A stretch of 64,000 nucleotides of DNA from Candidatus Poribacteria bacterium (GCA_965222435.1 OZ244950.1:4075983-4139982); one strand, 5' to 3'; counted from the first letter of the stretch, positions 48,567-63,000 are shown. Notes: generated from the letters alone by a model not told the origin. Program-made: numbers and translations.

Positions 48567-50807
<2,241 letters not shown>

Positions 50808-50851
50808 TCTCGGCGAGGCTTGGAACGATAAAACAAACGTTTAACAGACTA

Positions 50852-50883
50852 GGGGTGTGTCTTCGGATGCACCCCCTTTTTTT
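50852..50883 (+). terminator. rho-independent terminator after katG (UUCG tetraloop hairpin plus T-run)
   Basis: GGGGTGTGTCTTCGGATGCACCCCC followed by TTTTTTT. A near-identical copy is at 55001-55031. Confidence 0.7.
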
Positions 50884-51613
50884 ATGGCGCGTTGGTTTTT
50901 CGATGAGGGCTATCAACAACGAACCGATGAGCTAGTGCATTAATTGAGTGAGTAGGTGTCGAGTATGGGGGTGCTTGAGTATAACATAACGCAAGTTGCT
51001 AGGTTCTGTTGACATTTCATCGCAATCAGATAATCGAGAGGTGTGCACAAACACATGGTCCTTTGTAGGGGTTGGGTTTCCCAACCCTTTGGTCACACAT
51101 CATAGACGATTTTGAACTGCTGTAGGTCGATTTTCCAAAATCGACGGTTCGGTGTCGAGATATGAATCTCGACCTACAATCAACTCAACCCGTATGGTTT
51201 GGGGGGTCCAACCCACGTTGGTCAATGGGCGAGGGGACCCCGCCCCTACGATTACGGACAGTTTTACATAAATGTCAACACGCCCTAGTCATACACGGCG
51301 TGATAAAAGGCAAACCCCGATATCCGTGGGTCGGTCATCCCCGGTCACGCCTGGTCTCGCCTGTCCCGATGAAATCGGGGGTACGGACGGATCCTCTCGG
51401 ACTTGCCCGACCTACAAAGCCCCAGCGGGACGACATGTGTATAGCATACGTGAAACATCATGCGTAAATGGTCAGAGCCGTGATTTAGAAAATACACTCT
51501 CTACTGCATGTCTTGTGTAGGAGGGAATTCCGATTCCCGACTCTGGCGTCGGTTGCTGACGCTTGGTTTATCAACTAGCAACTTGGAGTAATAGTAGTAG
51601 ATTGGGGGTATAC

Positions 51614-52879
51614 CTAGCTGAAACGACGGCGTCCACGAATTGTCCCATCGCGTCCAATGGGAATCGAGTCCGCAGCGGGAGTGGCTCCCGGTTCCGGCAT
51701 CTCCCACGGAGAGAGGGACGCACCGGTTGGACGAGTGCTCGTCGGTCGTCGAAGTTGGGATTCGGCAGGAGTATAACGTATCGCCAAGTGAGGGGTTTCG
51801 ATCTGTGCGCCGCCGCTGCCGTGGGAACTCATCACCGCCTCCAAGATACCAATCGTCAGATAGGTTCGCTCAACCGGACTGGGGGCGCCACCGGTCAGGA
51901 AGAAGTCCTCAATATTCAGCCCCATATAGCTGAAAACCGCATGCGTCGGACCCGAATCGGTGTGGTATTCCATTGCATCAATGACACTGCCGCGCTTTGC
52001 TGCGTAGGCGAATTTTCGGACATAGCCGTTATCGCCGAGCATCAACGCCGCGCCTTTCAACCCGTCGCAATACTCAATTAGAAAGACGTGCGGATCTTCG
52101 ACCTGCGACGGATCGAGGCGCTCGGGTCCATCCTCAATCACATTGAGAGCAGACTCAGCGAGTTCGATCGACCACCGCCCTTCGTCGGCAGCACGCCAGA
52201 CCGCATCGCCGGACAGGCACTGAACCGAACGAATACCCGTTTCGCCACCGTGCCGCCGTTCCACCTGACACTGTAGGCTTTCCAGTGCATGGAAGCCGTA
52301 CCGTTCAATCATATGAAATCCGATAGACAAGGCTTCGTCAATCGGTGCGTCAAGCGGATGCTCAAAGTTCGGTCGCCGCCATCCCACCGGCAATGCAGAT
52401 CCCGCCCAGAGCGGTATACCGAGCTGCTTGGCGGTCGTGTACATCCAATGTGCATCGTCCCAACGGTAGGAGAGATGTTTGTCGTTATAAACAGGGACGG
52501 GACGACCGGATTCGGCAATAACACCACAGATTTGTTCAAAAAAGTATCGCCGCGGCAGCATCTCTTGACCTAGGGCAGAGCGTGGGTAGTCGCCGTGCTC
52601 ACCGATGAGCAGCACCGCATCCACAGCCAGACTATCTCCGCCGAGGGTGAGTGCAGCACGAATGCCCTCGTAGATAGGTATATCATATTCGTAAGCAATC
52701 TGCCGGCCGACATCATTTTGATGGATTTGGTCAATGAAAAGTGAAGCGAGTTGGGTGCGCGGCGCAATCAGTCCATCGTCGGTGGGAAAGCCACGCAGGA
52801 ATTTGGGGACTATCACGCCGGCATGACTGTTTGGAAAAAAGGTGGTTACAATAGCGGCAACGCGAAAGGGTTTTACCAT
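51614..52879 (-). CDS. hypothetical protein (421 aa, no confident family)
   Basis: Long ORF with coding-like composition. Low-complexity C-terminal 50 aa overlaps a dispersed repeat, so the true 3' end is uncertain. Confidence 0.35.
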   Translation of the reverse strand: MVKPFRVAAIVTTFFPNSHAGVIVPKFLRGFPTDDGLIAPRTQLASLFIDQIHQNDVGRQIAYEYDIPIYEGIRAALTLGGDSLAVDAVLLIGEHGDYPRSALGQEMLPRRYFFEQICGVIAESGRPVPVYNDKHLSYRWDDAHWMYTTAKQLGIPLWAGSALPVGWRRPNFEHPLDAPIDEALSIGFHMIERYGFHALESLQCQVERRHGGETGIRSVQCLSGDAVWRAADEGRWSIELAESALNVIEDGPERLDPSQVEDPHVFLIEYCDGLKGAALMLGDNGYVRKFAYAAKRGSVIDAMEYHTDSGPTHAVFSYMGLNIEDFFLTGGAPSPVERTYLTIGILEAVMSSHGSGGAQIETPHLAIRYTPAESQLRRPTSTRPTGASLSPWEMPEPGATPAADSIPIGRDGTIRGRRRFS

Positions 52880-52914
52880 AATATCAGCAAACCGTTGATT
52901 TTATTAAAAAAGTG

Positions 52915-53129
52915 TTGACAGATTTTTCAAGATGGTATAGAATGGAGGATTGTGGGAGCCCCGAGTCTGCAGCTCGAAGCTCCCTGAAGCAACACGAGAC
53001 ACGACCTCGAATCGCTTCGTAATTGTTAGGATAAATGCCTAACAATTGAATTATAGTATACCCTTTGAAACCATTAGTTTCAACTTAAAACAAAAAGGGC
53101 TGCGCGATTTGAGGGCGCAGCCCTTTTTT
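52915..53129 (+). promoter_or_regulatory. candidate leader/sRNA unit: sigma70-like promoter (TTGACA-17-TAGAAT, 52915-52943), about 180-nt structured transcript, intrinsic terminator (53097-53129), lying upstream of the 53167 gene
   Basis: TTGACAgatttttcaagatggtaTAGAAT. Hairpins GGGAGC…GCTCCC and TTGTTAGGataaatgCCTAACAA. Terminator GGGCTGCGCGatttgaggGCGCAGCCC followed by TTTTTT. RBS AAGGAGATTCACTATG of the downstream gene follows 25 nt later. Confidence 0.45.
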
Positions 53130-53166
53130 GTTTTCGGTTGGAACGATGGTATGAAGGAGATTCACT

Positions 53167-53577
53167 ATGTTGGCAACAAAAGGACGGTTGAAAGTTGCGT
53201 TGTTGGGGTATTGTGGGGTATTGGTTGTAGGGCTTGGGATGTATGGGGCCTTTCAGGAACAGGATGCTCAGGCACATATCCCCGGCAAAAGGATATGTCG
53301 GTTTTACGGACACAGGGATGTGACCGGAACAGCGACGGGGAACCGTACAGATCATTATGAGTCAGCGATAGAGGCCTGTCCTTATTGTGGTTCTCAAGCG
53401 TATGTGACATGGAGCATTGATAACGTTTATGAAATGGATGTTGTAGCGACCATGCACATGTCTGGTAATGTTATGCAGATTCCTGAGTGTCATTTCCATA
53501 TAACCAATGAGACTTTTTTATACCAGGAAGTTAATGTGGAAAATGTGGATTGCTCCAGTTATAGTTGCGGTGGTTAG
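53167..53577 (+). CDS. small secreted Cys-rich hypothetical protein
   Basis: N-terminal signal/TM (LKVALLGYCGVLVVGLGMYGA); 8 Cys in 136 aa. Confidence 0.35.
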   Translation: MLATKGRLKVALLGYCGVLVVGLGMYGAFQEQDAQAHIPGKRICRFYGHRDVTGTATGNRTDHYESAIEACPYCGSQAYVTWSIDNVYEMDVVATMHMSGNVMQIPECHFHITNETFLYQEVNVENVDCSSYSCGG

Positions 53578-53632
53578 AATCTCTTTATCGGGGTGTTAGT
53601 CCCCCAACACCGATTTTTAGGAGGTTAATGTG

Positions 53633-54946
53633 ATGCTTAAACGTCGTTTCATCCCCTATATGGTTGGGGCAGGTATTGTTGCGCTTATTTCGCTCTCTTT
53701 CGTAGGCTATAGGGCTTACCAAAACCATGTTGAGTTTAAGGCATTTATGTCGAAGGCTCAGGCATTTAATCGTTCTGTTGAACTCGAAGAAACAGATGAA
53801 CATCTTCATGCAGAGGAGGGACATCCACATGGCGAGAAAAATATACATCCTTTCTCTACAGCGAAGTCTTCTTCTAATTCATTTGTCTTTAAGGGAAAAC
53901 AGGGTGATGAATATGTTTATGAGATAAATGGCATCCCAGTCTACTCCAAGGGGACTCTGGATAAAGAATTATCCGGAGGGATAGTGTGGGCTTTTACTGG
54001 GCGACTGAACCCAGAAGCTGAGGACTACCTAAAGAATCATCTTGACTCTAAGAGGGCTGCGATAGTCCAACGTGTCGTAACCCCTGATGGCAAATTACAT
54101 CACGTTGTTGTTCCGAGTTTTAGCATGTATGAGGATGGGGATGCGATCTTAGAATCAGAAACTCGCCGTGGTCGTGAGGTGTTCAATGGTCCGAGTCTAG
54201 AAGATCCTGTTTGGCGCACATTATCTATTGCTGGTGTTCAGCATCCTGTGCCTGATGAGTATTATGATATTGAGGATCAGTATGCGCGTGAATTGTATAT
54301 CGAGAAATTTCGCTTGTCTGTAAAAACAGGGATCTCAATGGAGGAGGTAGATAGAAAGATAGCGGACGGGGAAATTTCATTAGATAAGTTATCCGACAGT
54401 GCTCGACGTTTTATTGAGAGTTCCAACGAGCACCAAGAGAAAGTGCTGGAAAGACTCCGAATGATAGCCCCTGAAATACCACCACTGTCCGATAAGCCCC
54501 CGGTGAAAGTGAGTTTTCTCAGAGATGAAGGTAAAGATGCACGACCGGGATGGAAGCGTAAAAGAAGGTTGCCTAAAGAACCACAACAAGCCGCTGAGGG
54601 AGGCAATTCTCTTGATACAGATACTGTTTCTGAGGGTGGCTTGCCCGTTGATACACAAGGGACGCCGCTTTCAGAATCGGATTTGCCCGATATGACCACG
54701 CCGACACCTTCTGCTCCCACCGTGGCAGACCTCGAAAAACAGTTGACGCCGGAGGGGATTGAAGCGGAACTGAGCGAAGGGCTATCAACCGATCGCTTTG
54801 ATAAAGCGCAAGATTTGATAGACCAATTCGGCACAGAGGAAGGGCTTCGTCGTCTGAGGGAGACTGACCCTGAAGCAGCTCGTCAATTTGAACGGGAGCG
54901 TTCTCCTAAACCACCTCGTGATGTGCCTAATGACGAACAACCCTGA
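53633..54946 (+). CDS. membrane-anchored hypothetical protein with acidic/Pro-rich C-terminal tail
   Basis: TAGGAGG RBS 8 nt upstream of the ATG. N-terminal TM anchor. Terminated by the duplicated terminator module at 55001-55031. Confidence 0.4.
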   Translation: MLKRRFIPYMVGAGIVALISLSFVGYRAYQNHVEFKAFMSKAQAFNRSVELEETDEHLHAEEGHPHGEKNIHPFSTAKSSSNSFVFKGKQGDEYVYEINGIPVYSKGTLDKELSGGIVWAFTGRLNPEAEDYLKNHLDSKRAAIVQRVVTPDGKLHHVVVPSFSMYEDGDAILESETRRGREVFNGPSLEDPVWRTLSIAGVQHPVPDEYYDIEDQYARELYIEKFRLSVKTGISMEEVDRKIADGEISLDKLSDSARRFIESSNEHQEKVLERLRMIAPEIPPLSDKPPVKVSFLRDEGKDARPGWKRKRRLPKEPQQAAEGGNSLDTDTVSEGGLPVDTQGTPLSESDLPDMTTPTPSAPTVADLEKQLTPEGIEAELSEGLSTDRFDKAQDLIDQFGTEEGLRRLRETDPEAARQFERERSPKPPRDVPNDEQP

Positions 54947-55000
54947 TAGGATCGGGATTCAAAGCAGCCTGAACACTAAAAATAAACGCTTAACAGACTG

Positions 55001-55031
55001 GGGGTGTATCTTCGGATGCACCCCCTTTTTT
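55001..55031 (+). terminator. rho-independent terminator, near-identical copy of the katG terminator module
   Basis: GGGGGTGTATCTTCGGATGCACCCCC followed by TTTTTT. Confidence 0.65.
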
Positions 55032-55427
55032 GTGCCCCGTTAGCGTGTCAAAATAACCGCAATTACTAGGATGTGTTGACATTTTGATGTTGCTAATTTG
55101 GTAGACGCTATAATCATCGGACAATCCGCCAAATGTAGCGTTCCGACGCGTTGGGATTAGTTTGCGGGCTCCGATTTATCGGAGTCCTCCCCGACTGCAT
55201 CGTCCGATATATCAAGACCAGGGGGACAGGCGGAACGGGACTGAGATCACAATCTAACAGATCGTGCTACAAAAGACTGCTTGCCAACACCGGGCGTGAA
55301 ACACTAAAAATGTACCAATGCACCAATTGCGTAGATGTCGAGTATGGAAACTCGACCTACAGGCAGGCAATTATTCACGTTTCACGCCTCCCCCTGCTTG
55401 CGGGGGGATACAGGGGGGTATCACGTT

Positions 55428-56315
55428 TCACGCTGCGTCCGGCAGCCAAAGAAACGAAAGCACCTGATTCATGCGGGGTAATCGGCGGGATTGCTCAATG
55501 AGGGGTTGATCTGATTGGGTCGAACACCAATGAGACAACGGAACCTTCCGCCGGCGTTCTTTCACCTCTTTCGATTCACCTTTGGTAAGTAGGCCGGCGA
55601 CCGAGTCGGGATGGAGGGGTTTGTTTGTGTCAAGATAGCAATCGCTGTTCTGACGAAACCGCTCTGAATAGGCAAAATATTTAATCTGTCCTCGCTCAGA
55701 CAGTACAATCGCACAGACATGGGAACTCAAACGGGTGTAGCGGATGGCTGTGCTGGTCAAAGAGGTGGAATAATTAGCAGCGAGGGCATCAATCGCCGGC
55801 AAACCGATTTCAGGCAGATCGGTAGCGTCCGCTCGGAAAATGGGAGAGGGCATCAGCAGCTCAACTGCGAACTGATTGGCACGTTGTTCCTCTGATCGGT
55901 GCGAATCAAATCCACGCAGATCCTCGCGCTGACAGCGGTGCTGAGGGACAAATTCCGCCACCTTGCTCTCTTCACCTGTGGTGGAATTATGTCTCTCGGT
56001 TTGACCACCATCCAAATGGTAATGCCCCAATTCGTGAGCGATTGTAAAGTTTTTTCGGGACTCTGATTGAATCAGATTGTTGAGCAGGATGCCCCAAGCA
56101 TCGCCGACCCGCATTAAACAACCATCGTACTGGCTTTCCATCTCCCGTTCCCAAACGACGATTTGCAGCTGTTCCGCAATTTCTCGCGGTTGGATCGGGA
56201 TGCCCTGAACGTTTAGTTCACGCAACAACTGCCGCGCACTCTCAGCAGGTTCTAGAGCGGGTTTGGAGGACACCTGTTTTGCAATCTGACCTTTTCGGGA
56301 AGGTCTCTGATTCAT
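55428..56315 (-). CDS. ImmA/IrrE-family zinc metallopeptidase
   Basis: FTIAHELGHYHLDG (HExxH) in the position typical of the ImmA/IrrE family. Immediately downstream of an XRE HTH gene. Confidence 0.6.
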   Translation of the reverse strand: MNQRPSRKGQIAKQVSSKPALEPAESARQLLRELNVQGIPIQPREIAEQLQIVVWEREMESQYDGCLMRVGDAWGILLNNLIQSESRKNFTIAHELGHYHLDGGQTERHNSTTGEESKVAEFVPQHRCQREDLRGFDSHRSEEQRANQFAVELLMPSPIFRADATDLPEIGLPAIDALAANYSTSLTSTAIRYTRLSSHVCAIVLSERGQIKYFAYSERFRQNSDCYLDTNKPLHPDSVAGLLTKGESKEVKERRRKVPLSHWCSTQSDQPLIEQSRRLPRMNQVLSFLWLPDAA

Positions 56316-56344
56316 GTTCAGGCAGCAGATCCTTCGTAATTGCT

Positions 56345-56677
56345 CTATTTCTCGTTTTTGTCTTTAAGAAATTGGTAGAACTCGATCAGCGTTTCCTTAT
56401 TTTCCTCGGAAAGATCCATGATGCCTCTAAACATAACACTGACTTTCGGATCTGCCAAAAGATCATCGTAGCCATGCTCCTTTTTACCAAGCAGGTAGTC
56501 CGTAGTAACTTTCAGCGCATCAGCGAGGCTCGAAAGCGTGTCGAATGCCGGTTTGCGGGCACCAGACTCAAACTGTGAAATCGCCGCAGGGGTCAGTTTT
56601 GCCGCTTTGGCGAGTTGTGTTTGTGTCATTCCGAGTCTATCACGACGTTTCTTAATACGTGTTGAAACAGACATAAT
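56345..56677 (-). CDS. XRE-family helix-turn-helix transcriptional regulator
   Basis: IKKRRDRLGMTQTQLAKAAKLTPAAISQFESGARKPAFDTLSSLADAL HTH_3/XRE motif. Start taken at the Met preceded by AAGGAGGT rather than the longer ORF-track start. Confidence 0.65.
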   Translation of the reverse strand: MMSVSTRIKKRRDRLGMTQTQLAKAAKLTPAAISQFESGARKPAFDTLSSLADALKVTTDYLLGKKEHGYDDLLADPKVSVMFRGIMDLSEENKETLIEFYQFLKDKNEK

Positions 56678-57039
56678 CATATACCTCCTTACTGGGTTAG
56701 GGAAAAACGGTGTACGATCGCAGAAAAGCGTGTTTATTGCGCTTTCTAACGATTGTGATTCCCATTTTAACATATTACGCCGTTCCAGTGCAAGGTCTAA
56801 AATAGAATTAACGAAAATTTATGTAAAAACGATTCACGCATCACGTTTCACAGATGAACTAATGAACCAATAGCGAATATAAATCTAAAAAAAACATACC
56901 GTCCATAATACTCACTTTTGTGAATTAGATCCGTTTTGCATCTTGACAAGACTTTGCGACTATGATAGAATCTGACAGATCTAAATACGATAGCATATTA
57001 TGTGCCGGTCAGCCTATTAAAAAATTCGGAGGAATCACC

Positions 57040-60000
57040 ATGATCATCAAGAGATATTATTACATCAGTCTATGGCTTTGCATCCTTGCACTATTGTCTC
57101 CGCACGGCAGTTTCGCTGTTGACGAGCAGCTGTCTGTCGGGCTTTCGGAGGTTGCAGTCAAAATCAGTGACAAAGTCGATATCGGTCGAATGCGAAAAGA
57201 CATCGCTCGACTCTCCAATCTTCCCACCCGCGTTACTGGCTACGATGAAGCCGCATCAGGCAGCAAATATATCTTCGATCAATTTGTCGAGATCGGTTTA
57301 CAAAACGTCGAGAGCCGCGAGTTTCCTGTTTCTGTTCCGATAGACCACGGTGATGGGAAAGTAGAAATTCTCTCCGAAGATCAAACGCTTCTGAAGACTT
57401 ACCGAATCTGGTCCATCTGGCCCAACCTTGTTCGCACCTCCTTCCTTCCCAACGGCGTCTCTCATGTAGTTGTTCAAGGCGAAACCTTAGACGGCATTGC
57501 CAAATCCTATCGAGTTGACCCGCAAGCCATTTTAGCTGACCCGCATAACCAATACCTCCGTGACCAAGCAACTGATGGCAGCGATAACGATGATGATGGT
57601 GAAATCGACGAACCGGGCGAGTTAGTGCTGGTCGAAAACAACTCGCTCTTTATTCCTACCGGCGGACTGACCGCCCCCCTCTTTTACGGCGGAAGTGGTG
57701 AACTCGCTTCGTTCAACGGTAAAGATATCGGAGGTTTCTGGCACAAGGTTGAACCTGACGATACGCTGGAAGACCTCGCCCATCGTTTTCGTATCGGTGT
57801 CGGTAGCATCACGGACGACGTTCTTAACGGTCATCTCCAAAAGACGCAAGATGGCATTGACAACAATGAAGACGGGCAGATTGACGAATACGGTGAGATT
57901 CCCCCGCTAACTGAGATCGCGCAATGGGATACCGACGGCATCGACAACGATGGTGACGACTTCGTAGACGAACGCCCCGGCGACGCGACTGATGGTATCG
58001 ATAACAACAACGATGGGCAAATTGACGAAGAAGGCGAGTTTATCGCCGCCTATGAATCCAGCATCTTTATTCCCCAAGGTAGTGTTGCACTCATTGACTT
58101 CAACTCCAGCACCAAATGGATTAACGCCGCAATGCTTGGCGCGAAAGCTGTACTTTTCATCGAGCCAGAGACCACGATCCGCGGGGAGGCTGAGAACAAA
58201 TTTCTGACGGTCCCTGCCAACATCCCCCGCTTCTGGATTGCTAAGGAGGATGCCGGCGAACTCTTGGCTATGCTTGGTGAAGGGGCAACACAAGTCGAAG
58301 ACTCTCGGTCTACCGGAGCGGAATCGTCCTCTCAGAAACTTTATGCGCGTCTCACCAGTACCATTACTTGGGAACAGCGTATTGGGCAGAACATTCGTGG
58401 TTTCCTTGAAGGTGGCGACCCAACCCTAAAGGACGAATTGGTCGTTATCACCGGCTATTACGACTCAATGTCTGTTGTTCCCGCGATGGCACCCGGCGCG
58501 GATCCCACCGGCGGCATTGCCACGTTGTTGGAACTTGCTCGCATCTTTAGCCAAGAGGAATTCCGCCCGGGCCGCTCCCTTCTGTTTGTCGCAACAGATG
58601 CCCACTTTCAAGGGCTGGGTGGTATGCGAGCATTTATGGAAGGGATTGGTCAAGATATCGTCGGACGAGAAGCGGATTCGCCCGGCACACCGACAATGCG
58701 CGGGCTGCGTCGCGGTTTAAGTACTGACCTCTTTGAGTTTGAAGAATTAGGACGCAAGCTGCTACTGTCGATCGACCGGAATGTGCTGGTAGACCTACCC
58801 CCGAACTTCTTCCACGATGTCCACGCACTCAAAGCAAATGTCGATTCCCTAGCAACAACCCTCTCCGATTTGCAGACGACAAAGGGAAACATTGACTCGT
58901 TGCGTAACGCCCAGCGTGAAGCAAAAGAGAAAGAGAAGAAAAAACTCGAAACAACTAAAAAACGGGAGAAGCAGGGATTTACCGAAGAGGAAAAATCACG
59001 ACTGGGGGTCAACCTCGCGAAGTTCAAAAAGGATGCGCTGCAGACCACTCAATTCCTTCGTTCAATGCTTCATCGCACCCTAAGATTGCGTTCACAGGCA
59101 TTGGAGGAGTGCCGCGAAACCCAGCGTGAACTGATTGAACAGATAGCCTTGCCGATGGCTCGGTTGGATGTCTGGGCAATCAACAAATTGGTAGCAGATT
59201 TGGCAGCAAAACGAATTGAAGGAAAATATGCACAAACGCCAGATAGCAGCTATCTCGCACCTAAGGAAAGGGAGGAGGGAAGTTATTATTTACCGACACC
59301 GAGTGACCTACCATCGCACTTGGAGATGGATCTCCAGCGACTCTCGGAAAACTTGCAGGATTGGGAATTTGAAGATCCACGGAAGTTCACCCTCCAGTAT
59401 GCCCAGGAGAAGTTGTTAGACCGCCATCTTGACTTTAAGGGTTTGGAACGAATCAAGTCTGCCCGTAGGGTTGTCCACCGCGCCGAAAAATCTCTGGAAG
59501 CCTACATCGAAGAAGAACGACAACTCCTTGAACGGGCACTCACAAACATTCCCACAACCAGCAGCGCAGAGGATCGCATCAAAAACGCCATCACTCAGTT
59601 AGGAGCTCAACCGGATCATGTCCCCCAAGGCTTTGTTGATGAGCTAAAACTCTTCCTCAATGAATCAACCCTCAAGCAGTTCGAGATAGTCCAGAACCAA
59701 CTCCACCAGAAATTGGAGATGATGGACCCGACAACGGGAACAGCAACCTCACAAGAATTAGACCAAGTCCTGATTGATGACCTGACCAGAGATAAACAGA
59801 GTATCCTCGAAACCGCGATGCGTAACGCTCGCCTTGAGCACTATCGAATTGAATCCCTCCTCATACGCCATGCGTCGCTGAACCGTCCCTACCTCGCCGA
59901 AGAGGCACTCGTCCTCCGCCACTATCTCCCTGAAGATGCCGCAGACCGAGCGATGGCCGTCCGAGAACAAATCTTTGGTCAGCTTGAAGAACAACATCTA

Positions 60001-63000
60001 CTAGAGATGGTAAAGCGGCGAGCCAAGAACGATATTGTCGAACTCCAGAACCTGCTGAACATCCTTGACCGCCTCGACCGCGATCCGGACGAGGAGACCA
60101 AGATCCTGCTGCGCGACAACCTGCTCACCATGCGTAACGCTCGATTCCGCAATCTACAGAAACGGGTGGAGAAGATTGCACGCATCAGCGAATCGGAATA
60201 CACCCGGAAGATACGTTCTATCGAACAAGCAATCGCACTGCAAGACATCTTCAATCGCTACTACACCTCTCTCTTTATCTCTATCGACCTCTCCAGCCAG
60301 AACGACCAGTTCGGCGTATTCAACAAAGGTTGGTTCTACGACCAACAGCCCGAATTTGTTCTCCGTCGCGAGTTCGCTTCCATCGGAAATAAACTTGCGG
60401 AATACGCGCAGGGTGCCGATTTCGGTGAGCGTATCCAGAAACTATGGACATTCACTGACGACCAGATCCGCCAAGCGGTGATGAATACCCAGTGGACAGT
60501 TGCAGCTGGCATCGATCCGAAAAAAGCCATCGAAGGCAAGAGCCTTGAAAGCTTAGTTACCGAACATTACGCAACATTGGTCGGGCTCTCTGGGGTTTCT
60601 CGATTGATGAAGATGCAGTTTGAACAGATGAAAAATCAGGGCGAACCTTCCGAGGATATGCTCAAGGATATGGACTACATCCGTAAGGAGGTTGAACGAT
60701 TCATCCGAAACGATATCCGGGAGGCGCGGAAGAACCGCAAGAATAGGGTTCGCCTGCTCAATCGCTTAGATGCGATGCTTGCCCTGCGCAACGAGGACCC
60801 GTCCGAATTTACGCAAGAGGAAGTTGATGATATTAAGGCACTCATTGAGATTGCCGGTTTCGGTGGTGAAACCAACTTCGTCAATGCAATCTCCGCCAGC
60901 GGCGGTAAGATCTGGAAGACCTACATCCCCGGTAAAATTGCCTTTGATAGCGAGGTGGCAACCCTCACCGGCTTTACCGGAATCGCTTTTGCCACAATTG
61001 ATGATGCGCGCGTGCTGACCGATACCCCGCTTGATACAATTGACCGAATGGATTTGAGCCAAGATGGTGCTTTGCACAAACAGGCGAAAACCCTCGCCGC
61101 TGTTCTCATCCAAGCGATGCGCGATCCGAAGATGCCCACCGCCGCGCGGGTGGGGAACTTCTACTGCAACCTATTTGGCGATGTAGTTGAATATGATGCC
61201 CGCGAGAGTGCGCTTCCAAACAAGCCGGTGGAATATCCTGTCCTCGCCTTACGGAGTCAGCACAAAACCATGATGGGGGTGCGAGGCGATCTCATCGCAA
61301 TGGGAGACAATAAAGGTAACTTTGAGGTCGCAGGCCTCGCGATGGAGGGGCGTGCCACCATCCGCCTCAAAGGAACGCAGGAGGTGGAAGCCTACATCCT
61401 CCACCCGGATTCCGGTGATATTGTCTACGCACCGGATCTCGGCAACTTCGGCGCGAAACTTTTGCCGAACCTAATACCGATCAACACCCATCGTCGTGGG
61501 TGCCGTATTGTGGTTTTCCCCTGCGTGTCCACGACCATCTTCGACCTCGTTGATCAGCGATACCTACGGACGCTTCGTGAACTGGAAGTTTATGATGCTG
61601 CAAGCGATAGCTCACCAGAAAAGTATGGTGTGTCGAAACCGTGGCAACAGGAAGGTGTCTCGGCGACTGAGCCAATTGCGCTCGTCTATTCGGAACCCAA
61701 CAGTCGTATCAAGGTTGGCATGGCGTATGGACAAATCGGCAAACGGTTGCTGTTGATTAAAGCAAGCAAGAGTGGAACGAAGAACCCTACACTCTATACT
61801 GGGGAAGGATTTGTTGTCCGTGAGAACGGAAGCATTCGCGTGACCCCATACGTTGTTGTCCGCGACATGTGGTGGCTCGATGAGAACCGGGCAAGTTTGT
61901 ATAAGCGGTTCGGTATCAGCAGTGATCGGCTCGATCAGCTCCACCAATTCGCCAACGAACATCTGAATCAGGCGGAGGCTGCCCTCGCCCGAAAAGACTA
62001 TCAGCAGGCACTCAAACTCGCTCGCGCCGCTTGGGGATACGAATCCCGCGCCTACCCCGATGTGAAGAAAACGGGGAATGACGTGGTCAACGGTGTGATG
62101 TTCTATCTCGCGCTCCTGATCCCGTTCGCCTACTTCATGGAACGGTTGATATTCGCCTTCCCCACCGTCCAAAAACAGATTATGGGGACAGGCGCGATTT
62201 TCCTCGTCGTATTTTTCTTCTTGGCACAGGTGCACCCCGCGTTTCAGATTACTACAACCCCGGTTATCATCCTGATTGCGTTTGTCGTCCTTGCATTGAC
62301 GGCAATTGTGATCAGCATCATCGTCCGGAAGTTTGAAGAACAGGTGGAAAAAATTAAGCAGGAGGGCTCACAGGTGTACAAGGCGGACGTGGGACGTTTG
62401 TCTGCCTCCGCTGCCGCTTTCAGCTTGGGTATTTCCAATATGCGTAAGCGGAAGGGGCGTACCATCCTCACCTGTAGCACACTCGTCATTCTCACCTTTA
62501 CGGTCATCTCCTTTACATCGGTGCGTACCTTTATGCACCCCAACAGCACTAACCTACCTTCAGTGACGCCGCGGTACACCGGGATGCTTATCCGAGATCA
62601 GTATTGGAATCCGCTTGAGGAACCCGTTGTCAACTCAATCACGAATGATTTGCAGAAAACGCAAATCGCTGAGAAAGATTTACGGCTACTCCTGAGGAAA
62701 CGATTGAGTCAAAAAGGTAAATCTGGAGAGCAGATTGACGTAGAAATTGAAGCAATCACAGCCCAATTACGTCAGCAGGGAACATTGATAGAACAGGGTG
62801 AAGAAACCATATTGCGAGTGTACAACATCGTCGCACCACGCGCGTGGTATCAGTCTGCAGGAACCGGTGATCAGTCGTTTGTGCAGCTAGAGCGCACCGC
62901 CAACCCGCAAGATCCCGTACCGCCTGTCAATACCACCACCGGTCAGCCAAAGACCTACTCCGCCACGATGCTGGTCGGGATGAGTCCAAATGAACCCGGT

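Noticed and set aside
55095-55130. TTGACA…TATAAT promoter-like pair after the duplicated terminator
   Set aside because: Spacing between the boxes is 27 nt, which is incompatible with a sigma70 promoter. The TTGACATTT box is part of the repeated module.
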